Below, piece by piece: positions 37,458-45,859 of a stretch of 64,000 bases of DNA. Positions within the stretch are counted from its first letter, which is position 1. Every line of letters starts with the position of its first letter. The DNA is taken from contig DATJRQ010000018.1 of NCBI GenBank assembly GCA_035504595.1, positions 80,143-144,142 of the forward strand, read 5' to 3'. The DNA is from Thermoplasmata archaeon (GTDB lineage Archaea > Thermoplasmatota > Thermoplasmata > Lutacidiplasmatales > UBA184). The translations under genes and the position numbers were made by a program. The notes under the pieces were generated by a model, which ran no database searches, was not told where the DNA came from, and saw only the letters and a program-made list of their open reading frames with translations.

Positions 37458-38483
37458 TCACGCTCCCCCGCGTCGTTCGAGCACGAACGCCGCGAGATCC
37501 GAGGTGGGAGAGTATGGGTGCACCACGTGCTGGTCGACGACCGTCCAGTCCGTGGGAGCATCGAGGATGCGCGTCACGCTCGTACCTCTCTCCTCCCACT
37601 CCGCGCGCGACGTCACTTCGTAGTAGTAGAGACGGCCCCGCGGCGCGAGCGCCCGTGCCACCGACGGTAGATACTTAATCCCTTGGTGAGGGAGATTCAA
37701 GATGATACGGTCGGCCGGCGCCGCGGAGGGCGCGAACTCCTCGACGCGTCCTTCCTGCGCGTGGACCGGCGTCGAAAATCCCTGTCGGGCGTAGGCGGAC
37801 CGGAGGAGCGCGATCGCGACCGGGTTCGCGTCGACGGCGACCACACCGCGTGCCCGACCGTCGCGGGCGATCGTGAGCGAGAACGGGCCGACCCCGCAGC
37901 ACAGGTCGTACACCCGGTCGCCCGCGCGCACCTCCTCCGCGACGCGGGCGTGCTCCCGCGCAAGACGCGGGGAGAAGTACGCCCGCGCCAGGTCGACGTC
38001 GAGCTCGATCCCGTTCTCCCGGTGGCGGGTGGTCCACGGGCCGGACCCCGCGATCCGATGGAGAGAACGAGCACGCTCCGGCCCGCGTACGCCCCGGTCC
38101 GCGCCGACCAACCGCGCCCCCGGGACAAACGACAGCAGGGCCTCTCCGATCTGGTCGGCCCGACCCTCCATTTCGTCTGGTATCCGAATGACGACGATGT
38201 CCCCCACCACATCGAACGAACGGGGCAGCCGGGCCCTCTCCTCCGACGGCAGGCGTACGAGCTCGCGGTAGTCGGCGGGTCCCGGCCCCTCGAGCGGCGC
38301 AAAGTCGCGTTCGGACTCGGTTCCGAACCCGGACGGGACCTCGCCGGTATCGAGGAGAGGGAACACGAGGTCGGACTCGCTCCGTACAATCTCAAGGTCG
38401 GTACGGAGCAGGCCCGCCTCCCTCAGTGCCCGTCGCACCTCCTCGCCCCGCGACCGCGGGACTACCAGCGCCCGTGCCCTCAT
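37458..38483 (-). CDS. trm5: tRNA (guanine37-N1)-methyltransferase Trm5 family (Trm5/Taw22/TYW2-like)
   Basis: Track ORF with Met-10+-like core FDVVGDIVVI, YFSPRL, SAM site VYDLCCGVGPFS and the NLP motif (IILNLP). Confidence 0.8.
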   Translation of the reverse strand: MRARALVVPRSRGEEVRRALREAGLLRTDLEIVRSESDLVFPLLDTGEVPSGFGTESERDFAPLEGPGPADYRELVRLPSEERARLPRSFDVVGDIVVIRIPDEMEGRADQIGEALLSFVPGARLVGADRGVRGPERARSLHRIAGSGPWTTRHRENGIELDVDLARAYFSPRLAREHARVAEEVRAGDRVYDLCCGVGPFSLTIARDGRARGVVAVDANPVAIALLRSAYARQGFSTPVHAQEGRVEEFAPSAAPADRIILNLPHQGIKYLPSVARALAPRGRLYYYEVTSRAEWEERGTSVTRILDAPTDWTVVDQHVVHPYSPTSDLAAFVLERRGGA

Positions 38484-39820
38484 TCCGACGGGATCGTGGA
38501 GGGGCGGAGAAGCAGGGAGAGAACGTCGGACCCGCGCCGTACACCGAGAGAGCCGCGGGCCGCCGTCGACTCGCAGAACTTCGACCCGCCCGCGGGCGGA
38601 AGGGGAGCGACGCCCGCCCCGACGAGAAGGAACGGCACCGGGTCGTCCGAGTGCCCCTTCAGGATCGTCGGAGTGGCGTGATCGGCGGTTACGCCGAGCC
38701 GATACCGGGTGAAGTCGAGGCCGTCCAGGAACGGCCCGAAGAACGATCGGTCGATCGCTTCCACGACGTCCTTCTTGAGGGGGGCGTTCCCGTCGTGCCC
38801 GGGTTCGTCCGGCCCCTTCAAGTGGACGTACACGAACGGATAGGCCGCTAGGAGCTCGCGCGCGACCGCGGCCCGCTCGCGGTACCCGGCGTCGCGGTCG
38901 ACGCCCATCGGCCCCACGTAGCGGTCGTCGAGCTCGAGCACTCGGGCGATCCCGCGCTCGACCGGCATCTCGGTGAGCGAGGCGCCGGCCACGCCGGTCC
39001 TCGTCCGGAACGGAGCCAACGGGGATGGGGAGATCGTCCCCGCGTTCCGCACGAGCAGGAGGTTCGCGATCTTCTTTCCCGCGAGCGCGCGACGCGCATT
39101 CACCCGATGTCCGGCGAGCGATGCGGCCGAACGAGCGATGTACTCGTTGACCGCGCGCGCCGCGCGGGCGGCTTCGGGGGTGGCGTCCAACGGCTCCACC
39201 GGAAGGAGCTTCGGTTGCTCGGGACGCCGCGCCTGTCCCATGCCGCCGACTTTCTCGTAGAACGGGTCGGCGTTCGAGATGTTCGGCGAGAGAGCCCCGC
39301 CCGTGATCGGGTGAAGCCAGAGCACGCCGCGGTGCCCGACCGTGGCTCGAACCTCCGCGTGGATCCCCTCATCGGCCAGGAGGTCCGCGGAGGTCAGCGA
39401 CTCCGCGAGCTCGTTCGCCTCCGCGGTCGAAAGCGACCGTCCGACCCGGGAATCGAGGATCGTTCCCGCTCCGTCGGACGTGGCGAAGTTGAGCCGAAGG
39501 GCCACATCGCCCGGCCGAAGCGGGACGTCGACGCCGAGCGCCTCGAGCACGCCACGGCCCGGGGAGTCGTGCACGGGGTCGTATCCGAGCAGCGCGAACA
39601 CTCCGGCGTCCGACTCCGGCGCGACGCCGGGACCGACGACGACGATCTCTCCGATCTCTCCCTGGCGGACTAGCGCGTCGAGGTGCGGCGTCCGCGCCGC
39701 CTCGACCGGACTACGTCCCCCCGTGTCGGGGTGCGGACGGTCGCCCAGACCGTCGAGCACGATGAGCGCCACGCCGTCGGCGTTCTCGGGAAGGCGTGCG
39801 CGGGGGTCGGTTGCTAACAC
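38480..39820 (-). CDS. apgM: 2,3-bisphosphoglycerate-independent phosphoglycerate mutase, archaeal type
   Basis: Track ORF with N-terminus ALIVLDGLGDRP, TPHLD, and C-terminal TADHATP and HSDDPVPFL. These match the ApgM/alkaline-phosphatase superfamily pattern. Confidence 0.9.
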   Translation of the reverse strand: MLATDPRARLPENADGVALIVLDGLGDRPHPDTGGRSPVEAARTPHLDALVRQGEIGEIVVVGPGVAPESDAGVFALLGYDPVHDSPGRGVLEALGVDVPLRPGDVALRLNFATSDGAGTILDSRVGRSLSTAEANELAESLTSADLLADEGIHAEVRATVGHRGVLWLHPITGGALSPNISNADPFYEKVGGMGQARRPEQPKLLPVEPLDATPEAARAARAVNEYIARSAASLAGHRVNARRALAGKKIANLLLVRNAGTISPSPLAPFRTRTGVAGASLTEMPVERGIARVLELDDRYVGPMGVDRDAGYRERAAVARELLAAYPFVYVHLKGPDEPGHDGNAPLKKDVVEAIDRSFFGPFLDGLDFTRYRLGVTADHATPTILKGHSDDPVPFLLVGAGVAPLPPAGGSKFCESTAARGSLGVRRGSDVLSLLLRPSTIPSE

Positions 39821-39821
39821 G

Positions 39822-39828
39822 TATAAAG
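39822..39828 (+). promoter_or_regulatory. TATA box TATAAAG
   Basis: Located 25-31 nt upstream of in-frame GTG 39853 of the zinc-ribbon membrane protein gene. Confidence 0.5.
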
Positions 39829-39852
39829 GGAGGCCGGCCTTGCCCCCGTTCC

Positions 39853-40929
39853 GTGCAGCAACAGAAGCCCACCCGTCTTAGGGCTTTCCTTCAGAAGCCC
39901 GTCGGAAAGGCGCTTCTGCTCGCGTTCGCGATCGCCTTCGTCTTCGCGGCGACCGCGTACGTCAGCGTACTTCTCGGTATCCCCGCGATCCTTCTCACCG
40001 GGCTCGCCGTCCCGATCTGGGCCGGTCTGAAGGCGCCCCGGTACCTCGCCCTGTCGGGCCTGGTCGTCCTGCTGCTCGTCGCGCCGCTCGCCAACGTCGT
40101 GCTGGTCCAGGAGCTGATGACGCCGATCGCTCCCGTCGATTCGGGCAACTCGCTGCCGACGGGGAACGGCGGGTCCGTGCTGCAGAACGCCTCGGTGTCG
40201 CCGTACGTCGGGGGCACCGCCACGAACTACACCTGGACGGTGACGGTCGTGCCGAAGTACATTCCCAATTATCCGACCAACACCACCGAGTCGGTGACCC
40301 TCTTCGTCTCCAACTGTCCGGGAGCTACGACCAACGACAGCCTGAACTGTGCGACCCCGTACCCGTTCTGGGCGTTCGCTCAGTCCGCGGTGAACCTCTC
40401 CACGAGCACGTTGTTCACGTTCCACTACCAGATCGGCTCGCTCGGCGTGTGGGACTGGCAGATCGGCCTCAACGTGACAAACCACGGCACGAACCTGTCG
40501 TACCAGATCCTGCTCTCGGGGGACCCGACGTACAACGGGATCGAGGGCCCGGTGGTCGGCACGTTCGCCGACATCTACGGCTCGTTCCTCGGGCCCGTCT
40601 ACGTGGAGGTGCTCCTCTACCTGGGCGCGTCGTTCTACTTCGTCCTGCTGATCTACATGATCTTCAAGCGGCGGGAGCGGAACCGTCAGGAAACCGCGAA
40701 GCGCGCCGCCGGCCCAACGCCCACCGACGGCTCGGCCCCCGCGAGCGCGTCAGGCCCCGGTGCTTCGGCGGCCCCGCGAGCCGCCGCGGTCGCGTCGGCC
40801 CAGGAAGGAACGTGTCCGAGCTGCGGCGCCGTCGTCTACGCGGGAGAGAAGACCTGCTGGAAGTGCGGTGCGACGCTCGGGGCGGTCGCGTCGAGCGCAC
40901 CGTTGCCTTCGTCGACCCCGAAGGGATGA
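39853..40929 (+). CDS. membrane protein: N-terminal TM helices, sequon-rich ectodomain, TM helix, cytoplasmic zinc ribbon
   Basis: Track ORF 39796..40929, preferred start GTG 39853. About 3 N-terminal helices, sequons NAS, NYT, NTT, NDS, NLS, NVT and NLS, and TM helix VEVLLYLGASFYFVLLIYMIF are present. The C-terminus carries CPSCG..CWKCG. Confidence 0.7.
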   Translation: MQQQKPTRLRAFLQKPVGKALLLAFAIAFVFAATAYVSVLLGIPAILLTGLAVPIWAGLKAPRYLALSGLVVLLLVAPLANVVLVQELMTPIAPVDSGNSLPTGNGGSVLQNASVSPYVGGTATNYTWTVTVVPKYIPNYPTNTTESVTLFVSNCPGATTNDSLNCATPYPFWAFAQSAVNLSTSTLFTFHYQIGSLGVWDWQIGLNVTNHGTNLSYQILLSGDPTYNGIEGPVVGTFADIYGSFLGPVYVEVLLYLGASFYFVLLIYMIFKRRERNRQETAKRAAGPTPTDGSAPASASGPGASAAPRAAAVASAQEGTCPSCGAVVYAGEKTCWKCGATLGAVASSAPLPSSTPKG

Positions 40930-40945
40930 ACCTTCGCTTTGCGGT

Positions 40946-42238
40946 TTACGGTAGGCGCACGGGGACCGTCTGTCCCGAGTACGCTCCGATGCCGAGGACG
41001 ATGAACGTGTTCCCGACCCCGGCCGGGTTGACCGTTCCCATGTCGATCGAGATCTCGTATCCGTTCGTGAGCGGGCTCGACGTCTTGAACCCCGCCGCGT
41101 AGGTGGAGAACCCGGAGTTCGGCATCAGCATCGTGTACGGGGACGAGGGGGCCACATAGCTCGCGGACACCGTGCCGGGGGCGGTGGTGGTCGAGAGGGC
41201 GAACGCGCCGTGGGTGGTTGCCGCGAACGTGGCGCCCGACGGTGCCAGCACTTCGAATAGAACGTTGCCGAAGGTGATCGGCGAGTACAAGATCGGGACT
41301 ACGTAGTAGTAGTCGTTCGCCGCCTGGCACGCCGCGACGGGCGTAGCCGCGGCGGTGCACTTTCCCGCGGAGGTGGCGGTACCCAGCGCGATCGTGTGCG
41401 TGATAAGGGTCGAGTACGGAGTGATGTAGATCGGGATCGCGGTGACCCCGGTGACCCCGCCGGTTGTCGTGGCGTTCACGATACCGTAGTACGCACCGCT
41501 CGCGGTGGTCCATCCCGCCGGCACCGTGAAGTTCCATGCTCCGGCCAGGTAGACCATCCGGTGGAGGGCAGTGAACGTCCCCGGAACTCCGGAGAGATTC
41601 ACGAACACGTTGTTGCCCGGATAGACGTTGCCAATTTCGACGCTGATGTTGAACGACTCCCCGATCGCCGGGCTAGTCGGGTTGGTGGCCGGGTCGTAGA
41701 ACACAGGGGGGAGCAGCGCGGGGGTGCCAGGGAGAACCGCGCTGAAGAGCAGGGAAGTGCCCGAGACGATGCTGATCGTGATGTTATCCGGGAGAACGGG
41801 ACGGAATCCCCCGGTGAAGTTGGACCCGAGGACGAACGTTTCGCCGGGGTTCCACGCCATCCCGGCCGGGATGCCGCCGGCGGTCAGCGGGTAGGGGCTC
41901 TGGAACTCCGGTCCTTTCGGATGGAGGGACGACTGAAGGTAGACCAGGGCGGATCGGGGGACAACGGGGCCCGCATTGTAGGCGATGGTGATCTGAGCGA
42001 CCGCAATACCGGAACCGTTGGCTTCGGTCACCAACTGCGCCGAGAACGAGCTCGAACTCTGGTTCAAGGGGGTCGGAAATCCGAGGACGAAAGTCAGGAT
42101 CGATGCGAAGATCACCACGGTAAGACCCAGCAACAGAATCGTTGCCACGACGTCGGATACCGCTCGCGGACTCCGTCGGAAGCGGCGGTCATACCGGTGG
42201 CCGCGAGCGGGGGGGGCCAACGAAGCGAAGCGGTGCAC
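40946..42238 (-). CDS. archaeal type IV pilin-like protein (class III signal peptide), 430 aa
   Basis: Track ORF with N-terminus ...RRSPRAVSDVVATILLLGLTVVIFASI, the basic-then-A/G-then-hydrophobic pattern of prepilin-peptidase substrates. The C-terminal module is shared with the next two genes. Confidence 0.75.
   Translation of the reverse strand: MHRFASLAPPARGHRYDRRFRRSPRAVSDVVATILLLGLTVVIFASILTFVLGFPTPLNQSSSSFSAQLVTEANGSGIAVAQITIAYNAGPVVPRSALVYLQSSLHPKGPEFQSPYPLTAGGIPAGMAWNPGETFVLGSNFTGGFRPVLPDNITISIVSGTSLLFSAVLPGTPALLPPVFYDPATNPTSPAIGESFNISVEIGNVYPGNNVFVNLSGVPGTFTALHRMVYLAGAWNFTVPAGWTTASGAYYGIVNATTTGGVTGVTAIPIYITPYSTLITHTIALGTATSAGKCTAAATPVAACQAANDYYYVVPILYSPITFGNVLFEVLAPSGATFAATTHGAFALSTTTAPGTVSASYVAPSSPYTMLMPNSGFSTYAAGFKTSSPLTNGYEISIDMGTVNPAGVGNTFIVLGIGAYSGQTVPVRLP
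41303..41340. repeat. 38-nt segment nearly identical (2 mismatches) to 42614..42651
   Basis: GTAGTAGTAGTCGTTCGCCGCCTG(G/A)CACGCCGCGAC(G/C)GG on the plus strand. It encodes the shared PVAACQAANDYYY peptide of the two large pilin-like paralogues. Confidence 0.8.
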
Positions 42239-42259
42239 GGACCAGTTCCCTCCTCGCCC

Positions 42260-43624
42260 CTAAGGGAGTGCGACCGCAACGTAGCTCGTGTACGGTCCGA
42301 CCCCGAGAACCAGGAAGTTCAGTCCGGTGCCGGCGGGGTTGACAGTCCCGACGTCGACTTCGATTATGTACGAAGTCGTCAGGGGGGACGAGGTCGTAAG
42401 CGCCCCGCCGAACGTGGAGAAACCGGACGTCGGCATCTGCATCGCGTAGGGCGAGGCGGTGACGTAACTAGCAGCGACCGTCGTGAGGGTCGTTGAGAGC
42501 GCGACCGCGAACGCGCCGTGGGTCGTGCCGTCATACACGGTGCGGGTTGACGTCAGGACTTCGAAGAGCACGTTGCCAAAGGTCAACGGCGGCGATCCGG
42601 TGATCGTGATCTTGTAGTAGTAGTCGTTCGCCGCCTGACACGCGGCGACCGGTGTCGCGGCCGCCGTACACTTGGCGGACGCCGCGACGGGGGTCCCCAT
42701 CGTGAAGACGCTGCCGATGAGCGTTGAATATGGAGTGATGTACACCGGCACCGCCGAAGTGCCGGACCAGCCGTACCCGGCGGTGGTTGTGGCCGTGATC
42801 GGGACGTAGTACGTTCCGGCGGCGGTGGTGGACCCGAGTGAGATCGAATACGACCACTGCCCCGTCGCGGCGGAGTAGGTCATCGCCACCGGGGTCGTCT
42901 GGGTTGAAAGGCCGGGTAGGCCGGAAAGGATCGCGGTCACCGAGGTGCCCGCGCCCGGTACGACCCCCTGGATCGAGGCCCAGATTGCGAATGGGCCCCC
43001 AATCACGGGGACAGCCGGCGTGGTGCCGGTCGACAGGAACGCGAAGGACTGAGAGGTGGTCGCTACCGGCAGCGCGACGGTAAAGAGGACCTGATAATCG
43101 TAGTAAATGTACACGCTGATCGTGTCGGGCTGCGATCCGGCGAACGCGTACGGGTGACACGGCGCCGTGCACGGCGAGCCCGTCGGGACGAAGCTCGTCA
43201 GGAGCCAGGTCTGCCCGAGGTTCCAAGTGTTACCGGTAACGTTGCCGTTCGGGAGGGTGTACGTCCCGGTGTACTGCGAACTTGTGGGGAAGTACTTCGA
43301 TCGGACGTAGATCGAGGTCTGCGACGAAACCGGTGGTCCCGCGAGGTGCGTGATGGAAACTGCCGTGATGAAGCCCCCCGTCCCGGTGGCATTTGGAGTC
43401 ACAGTGAGGCGTGCCTGGAATTGGTTGGAATTCTGCGCGGGAGGCGCCGGGAACGCCGAGACCCACGCAAAGATCGACGAAAAGAGGACGACCGTCATCG
43501 CCAGGAGCAGAATGGTTGCGATGACCTCCGAGACCGCCCGACGCGACCGGACGAGGCGGCCCCGATATCCCAGACGCCCACCCTTCCCGTTCAGGAAACG
43601 ATGGTTCGAACCTTCCTGAAGCAT
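42260..43624 (-). CDS. archaeal type IV pilin-like protein (class III signal peptide), 454 aa, paralogue of 40946..42238
   Basis: Track ORF with ...RSRRAVSEVIATILLLAMTVVLFSSI. The C-terminal ~170 aa are clearly alignable by eye to the neighbour. Confidence 0.75.
   Translation of the reverse strand: MLQEGSNHRFLNGKGGRLGYRGRLVRSRRAVSEVIATILLLAMTVVLFSSIFAWVSAFPAPPAQNSNQFQARLTVTPNATGTGGFITAVSITHLAGPPVSSQTSIYVRSKYFPTSSQYTGTYTLPNGNVTGNTWNLGQTWLLTSFVPTGSPCTAPCHPYAFAGSQPDTISVYIYYDYQVLFTVALPVATTSQSFAFLSTGTTPAVPVIGGPFAIWASIQGVVPGAGTSVTAILSGLPGLSTQTTPVAMTYSAATGQWSYSISLGSTTAAGTYYVPITATTTAGYGWSGTSAVPVYITPYSTLIGSVFTMGTPVAASAKCTAAATPVAACQAANDYYYKITITGSPPLTFGNVLFEVLTSTRTVYDGTTHGAFAVALSTTLTTVAASYVTASPYAMQMPTSGFSTFGGALTTSSPLTTSYIIEVDVGTVNPAGTGLNFLVLGVGPYTSYVAVALP
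42614..42651. repeat. second copy of the 38-nt paralogue segment
   Basis: See 41303..41340. Confidence 0.8.
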
Positions 43625-43771
43625 CGATTACCCAGTGAATCGCCGGCGCGCATCGATTAGAGGCGGGAAGCGCGTATTTAGACGTTGTCGTTTGGATCGG
43701 AGCGACTGGCCCGTTCCGGAGGGCGAAGAGAAAGTGAAAGGAAAGGGTTGGCACCGTTTCGACCGCGCGCT

Positions 43772-44404
43772 CTACGGGAGCGACACCGGGGACGTCGTAC
43801 CGGAGTACGAGCCGACCCCAATCGCCACGAACGTGTAGCCCTGGCCGGACGGCGAGGGGGCAGTCCCCAGGTCAATGACGATCGTGTAGATGCTCGTCAG
43901 CGGGCTTGAGGACGAGCACGTGTTGCCGTTGCACGCCCCAGCGACCGCGCTAAAGACCGAGAACGGGCTCGTCATCGCCAACGACGCGGACGTCGCGGCG
44001 CTCGCTGCGACCGCCACACCAGCGGTGTTCACGATCGCGAAGCCACCGGTACCCGTCGTGATCGCGGCAATCGATCCGGTCGCCGTCTTGACCTCGAACT
44101 GGGCGCTCGTGAAGGTGATCGACGAGCTCTCCACGGTCAACGTGTAGATGATGTCGCCCGCCTTGCACCCGTTCGCAGCGTAGGTGTTCCCCGCGCCGCA
44201 CGTGGACGAAACCGGGTTTCCTGCGTTGAAGGCGGTCCCGATCCCCACCGAGCCAGGTCCGTGGGTCAGGCCCGTGATCAGCACGTACAACACGGCGGCC
44301 AATACGACCGTGATCGCGACGAGCAAAATCGTCGCAATGATCGGCGATACCCCGCGCTTCCGCGCCTTTCTCCAGCTTCGCTCGCTCTTTCCAAAGACGT
44401 TCAT
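43772..44404 (-). CDS. archaeal type IV pilin (class III signal peptide), 210 aa
   Basis: Track ORF with MNVFGKSERSWRKARKRGVSPIIATILLVAITVVLAAV, a near-canonical archaeal pilin/DUF1628-type N-terminus. GGAGG lies just upstream of the ATG. Confidence 0.8.
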   Translation of the reverse strand: MNVFGKSERSWRKARKRGVSPIIATILLVAITVVLAAVLYVLITGLTHGPGSVGIGTAFNAGNPVSSTCGAGNTYAANGCKAGDIIYTLTVESSSITFTSAQFEVKTATGSIAAITTGTGGFAIVNTAGVAVAASAATSASLAMTSPFSVFSAVAGACNGNTCSSSSPLTSIYTIVIDLGTAPSPSGQGYTFVAIGVGSYSGTTSPVSLP

Positions 44405-44461
44405 TCCGCTTTTCCTCCGAGGGGTCGGTTGACCCGCGGGGAACGCTATGGCAAGGACCTG

Positions 44462-44470
44462 CTATATAAA
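44462..44470 (-). promoter_or_regulatory. TATA box (CTTTATATAG on minus strand) for the pilin gene(s)
   Basis: Strongest TATA in the spacer, about 58-66 nt upstream of ATG 44404. This is compatible with a ~30-nt leader carrying the GGAGG. Confidence 0.5.
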
Positions 44471-44764
44471 GGGTAAGGTCGAGTGTCCCGACAATCAACG
44501 ACTCCAATATCGGCGATAGACGTAATGCGTACCAATGCGTATAACAACTTACTCGGGCCCGGGCCCGCAGCGGCTGGGCGCCGGGGGATTTCTCACCGCG
44601 ACCGCTGCATCGTGCGAGCGTCCCCATCAAGAACCCATCGGAGCACTCGCACGCTGGTGCCGGGGCGGTTCCGCGCGTGCGAGCCCCCCTGCCCGCCTCC
44701 CCACCTATCGCGTGGCGAACCGGAAGTCCCCTTATCCCACTTGGCTCTGGCCGGCGAAGGACCA

Positions 44765-45766
44765 ATGCGAGCGATGGTGCTGCGGCAACCGAAGCAACTG
44801 CTCGAAATGGCCGAACGGGCCCTCCCCGAGCCCAGGGGCGCTCAGGTTCAGATCCAGGTCGCGGCGTGCGGGGTGTGTCGGACCGATCTCCACATCGTGG
44901 ACGGCGAGCTGCCGTCGCCGAAGCTTCCTCTCATTCCTGGACACGAGATTGTCGGGAAGGTCACGAGAGTGGGGCCCGGGGCCCACCGTTTCCGTCCCGG
45001 CGACAGGGTTGGGGTCCCGTGGCTGGGATGGACGTGCGGCGAGTGCCCTTACTGCCGGGCTGGAAAGGAGAACCTCTGCGACCGCGCCGGGTTTACGGGA
45101 TTCACAATCGATGGCGGGTACGCCGATTCAACGGTGGCCGATGAGCGGTTCGTCTTTCCGGTCCCCGCGCAGTTTTCGGACGTGGAAGCGGCCCCGCTCT
45201 TTTGTGCCGGAATGATCGGCTACCGTGCCCTGCGCTTCGCCGGCGATGCCGAGAAAATCGGCCTCTACGGTTTCGGGGCCGCCGCGCATCTCGTGGTGCA
45301 GGTCGCTCGACATCGAGGCGCCCGAGTATTCGCGTTCACCCGCCCCGGCGACCGTTCCGGCCAGGAGTTCGCTCTCCGACTCGGCGCCGAATGGGCCGGA
45401 GGATCCGACGAACGCCCCCCCGAGGCCCTGGACGCTGCACTGATCTTCGCGCCCGTCGGTGCCCTCGTACCCCTCGCCCTCGCCGCGACCAACAAGGGCG
45501 GGGTCGTCGTCTGCGCGGGCATCCACATGAGCGACGTTCCGTCCTTCCCGTACGAGCTCCTCTGGCAGGAGCGCGGGGTGCGTTCGGTCGCCAACCTCAC
45601 CCGCCAGGACGGGGATGACTTCCTGGAGTTGGCCCGTTCCGCAAGGATCCGGACGGTCACCACTCCGTTTCCGTTGACCGCGGCGAACGAGGCGCTCGGC
45701 CGCCTTCGTGAGGGCGGGCTCGAGGGCGCGGCGGTTCTCGTGCCGGGGGACTCGGCCGGGACCTAG
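44765..45766 (+). CDS. zinc-dependent alcohol dehydrogenase (MDR family)
   Basis: Last 333 codons of track ORF 44483..45766, from ATG 44765 (MRAMVLRQPKQ...). GVCRTDLH, GHE and structural-zinc CGECPYCRAGKENLC are present. Confidence 0.9.
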   Translation: MRAMVLRQPKQLLEMAERALPEPRGAQVQIQVAACGVCRTDLHIVDGELPSPKLPLIPGHEIVGKVTRVGPGAHRFRPGDRVGVPWLGWTCGECPYCRAGKENLCDRAGFTGFTIDGGYADSTVADERFVFPVPAQFSDVEAAPLFCAGMIGYRALRFAGDAEKIGLYGFGAAAHLVVQVARHRGARVFAFTRPGDRSGQEFALRLGAEWAGGSDERPPEALDAALIFAPVGALVPLALAATNKGGVVVCAGIHMSDVPSFPYELLWQERGVRSVANLTRQDGDDFLELARSARIRTVTTPFPLTAANEALGRLREGGLEGAAVLVPGDSAGT

Positions 45767-45859
45767 ACACGGCGTGTTCGCGCCCCTATGCGAGCGCATA
45801 CCGCGCTCGCCGCCGCTTCAAATCCCGGGTCGCGCGAGGGAGGGTCGAGAACCCCGCCC

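Noticed and set aside
34151-37678. 1175-aa plus-strand ORF
   Set aside because: It is antisense to ppsA and out of frame with the GNAT-like gene. Its composition is dominated by R, G, P and A, and no motifs are present.
44462-44470. TATA box read on the plus strand as a promoter for a non-coding RNA
   Set aside because: The box is near-palindromic. It is better explained as the promoter of the minus-strand pilin gene, which has a GGAGG-containing leader.
44555-44610. tRNA-like beginning GGGCCCG... with a GCAGCGG/CCGCTGC stem
   Set aside because: No T-loop (GTTCRANYC-like) or cloverleaf could be drawn by hand. Not callable as a tRNA without tRNAscan or Infernal.
44535-45215. 226-aa ORF starting at the upstream ACCAATGCG copy
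   Set aside because: It is out of frame with the clear ADH gene over most of its length and has implausible composition. The duplicated start context is recorded as part of the leader finding instead.
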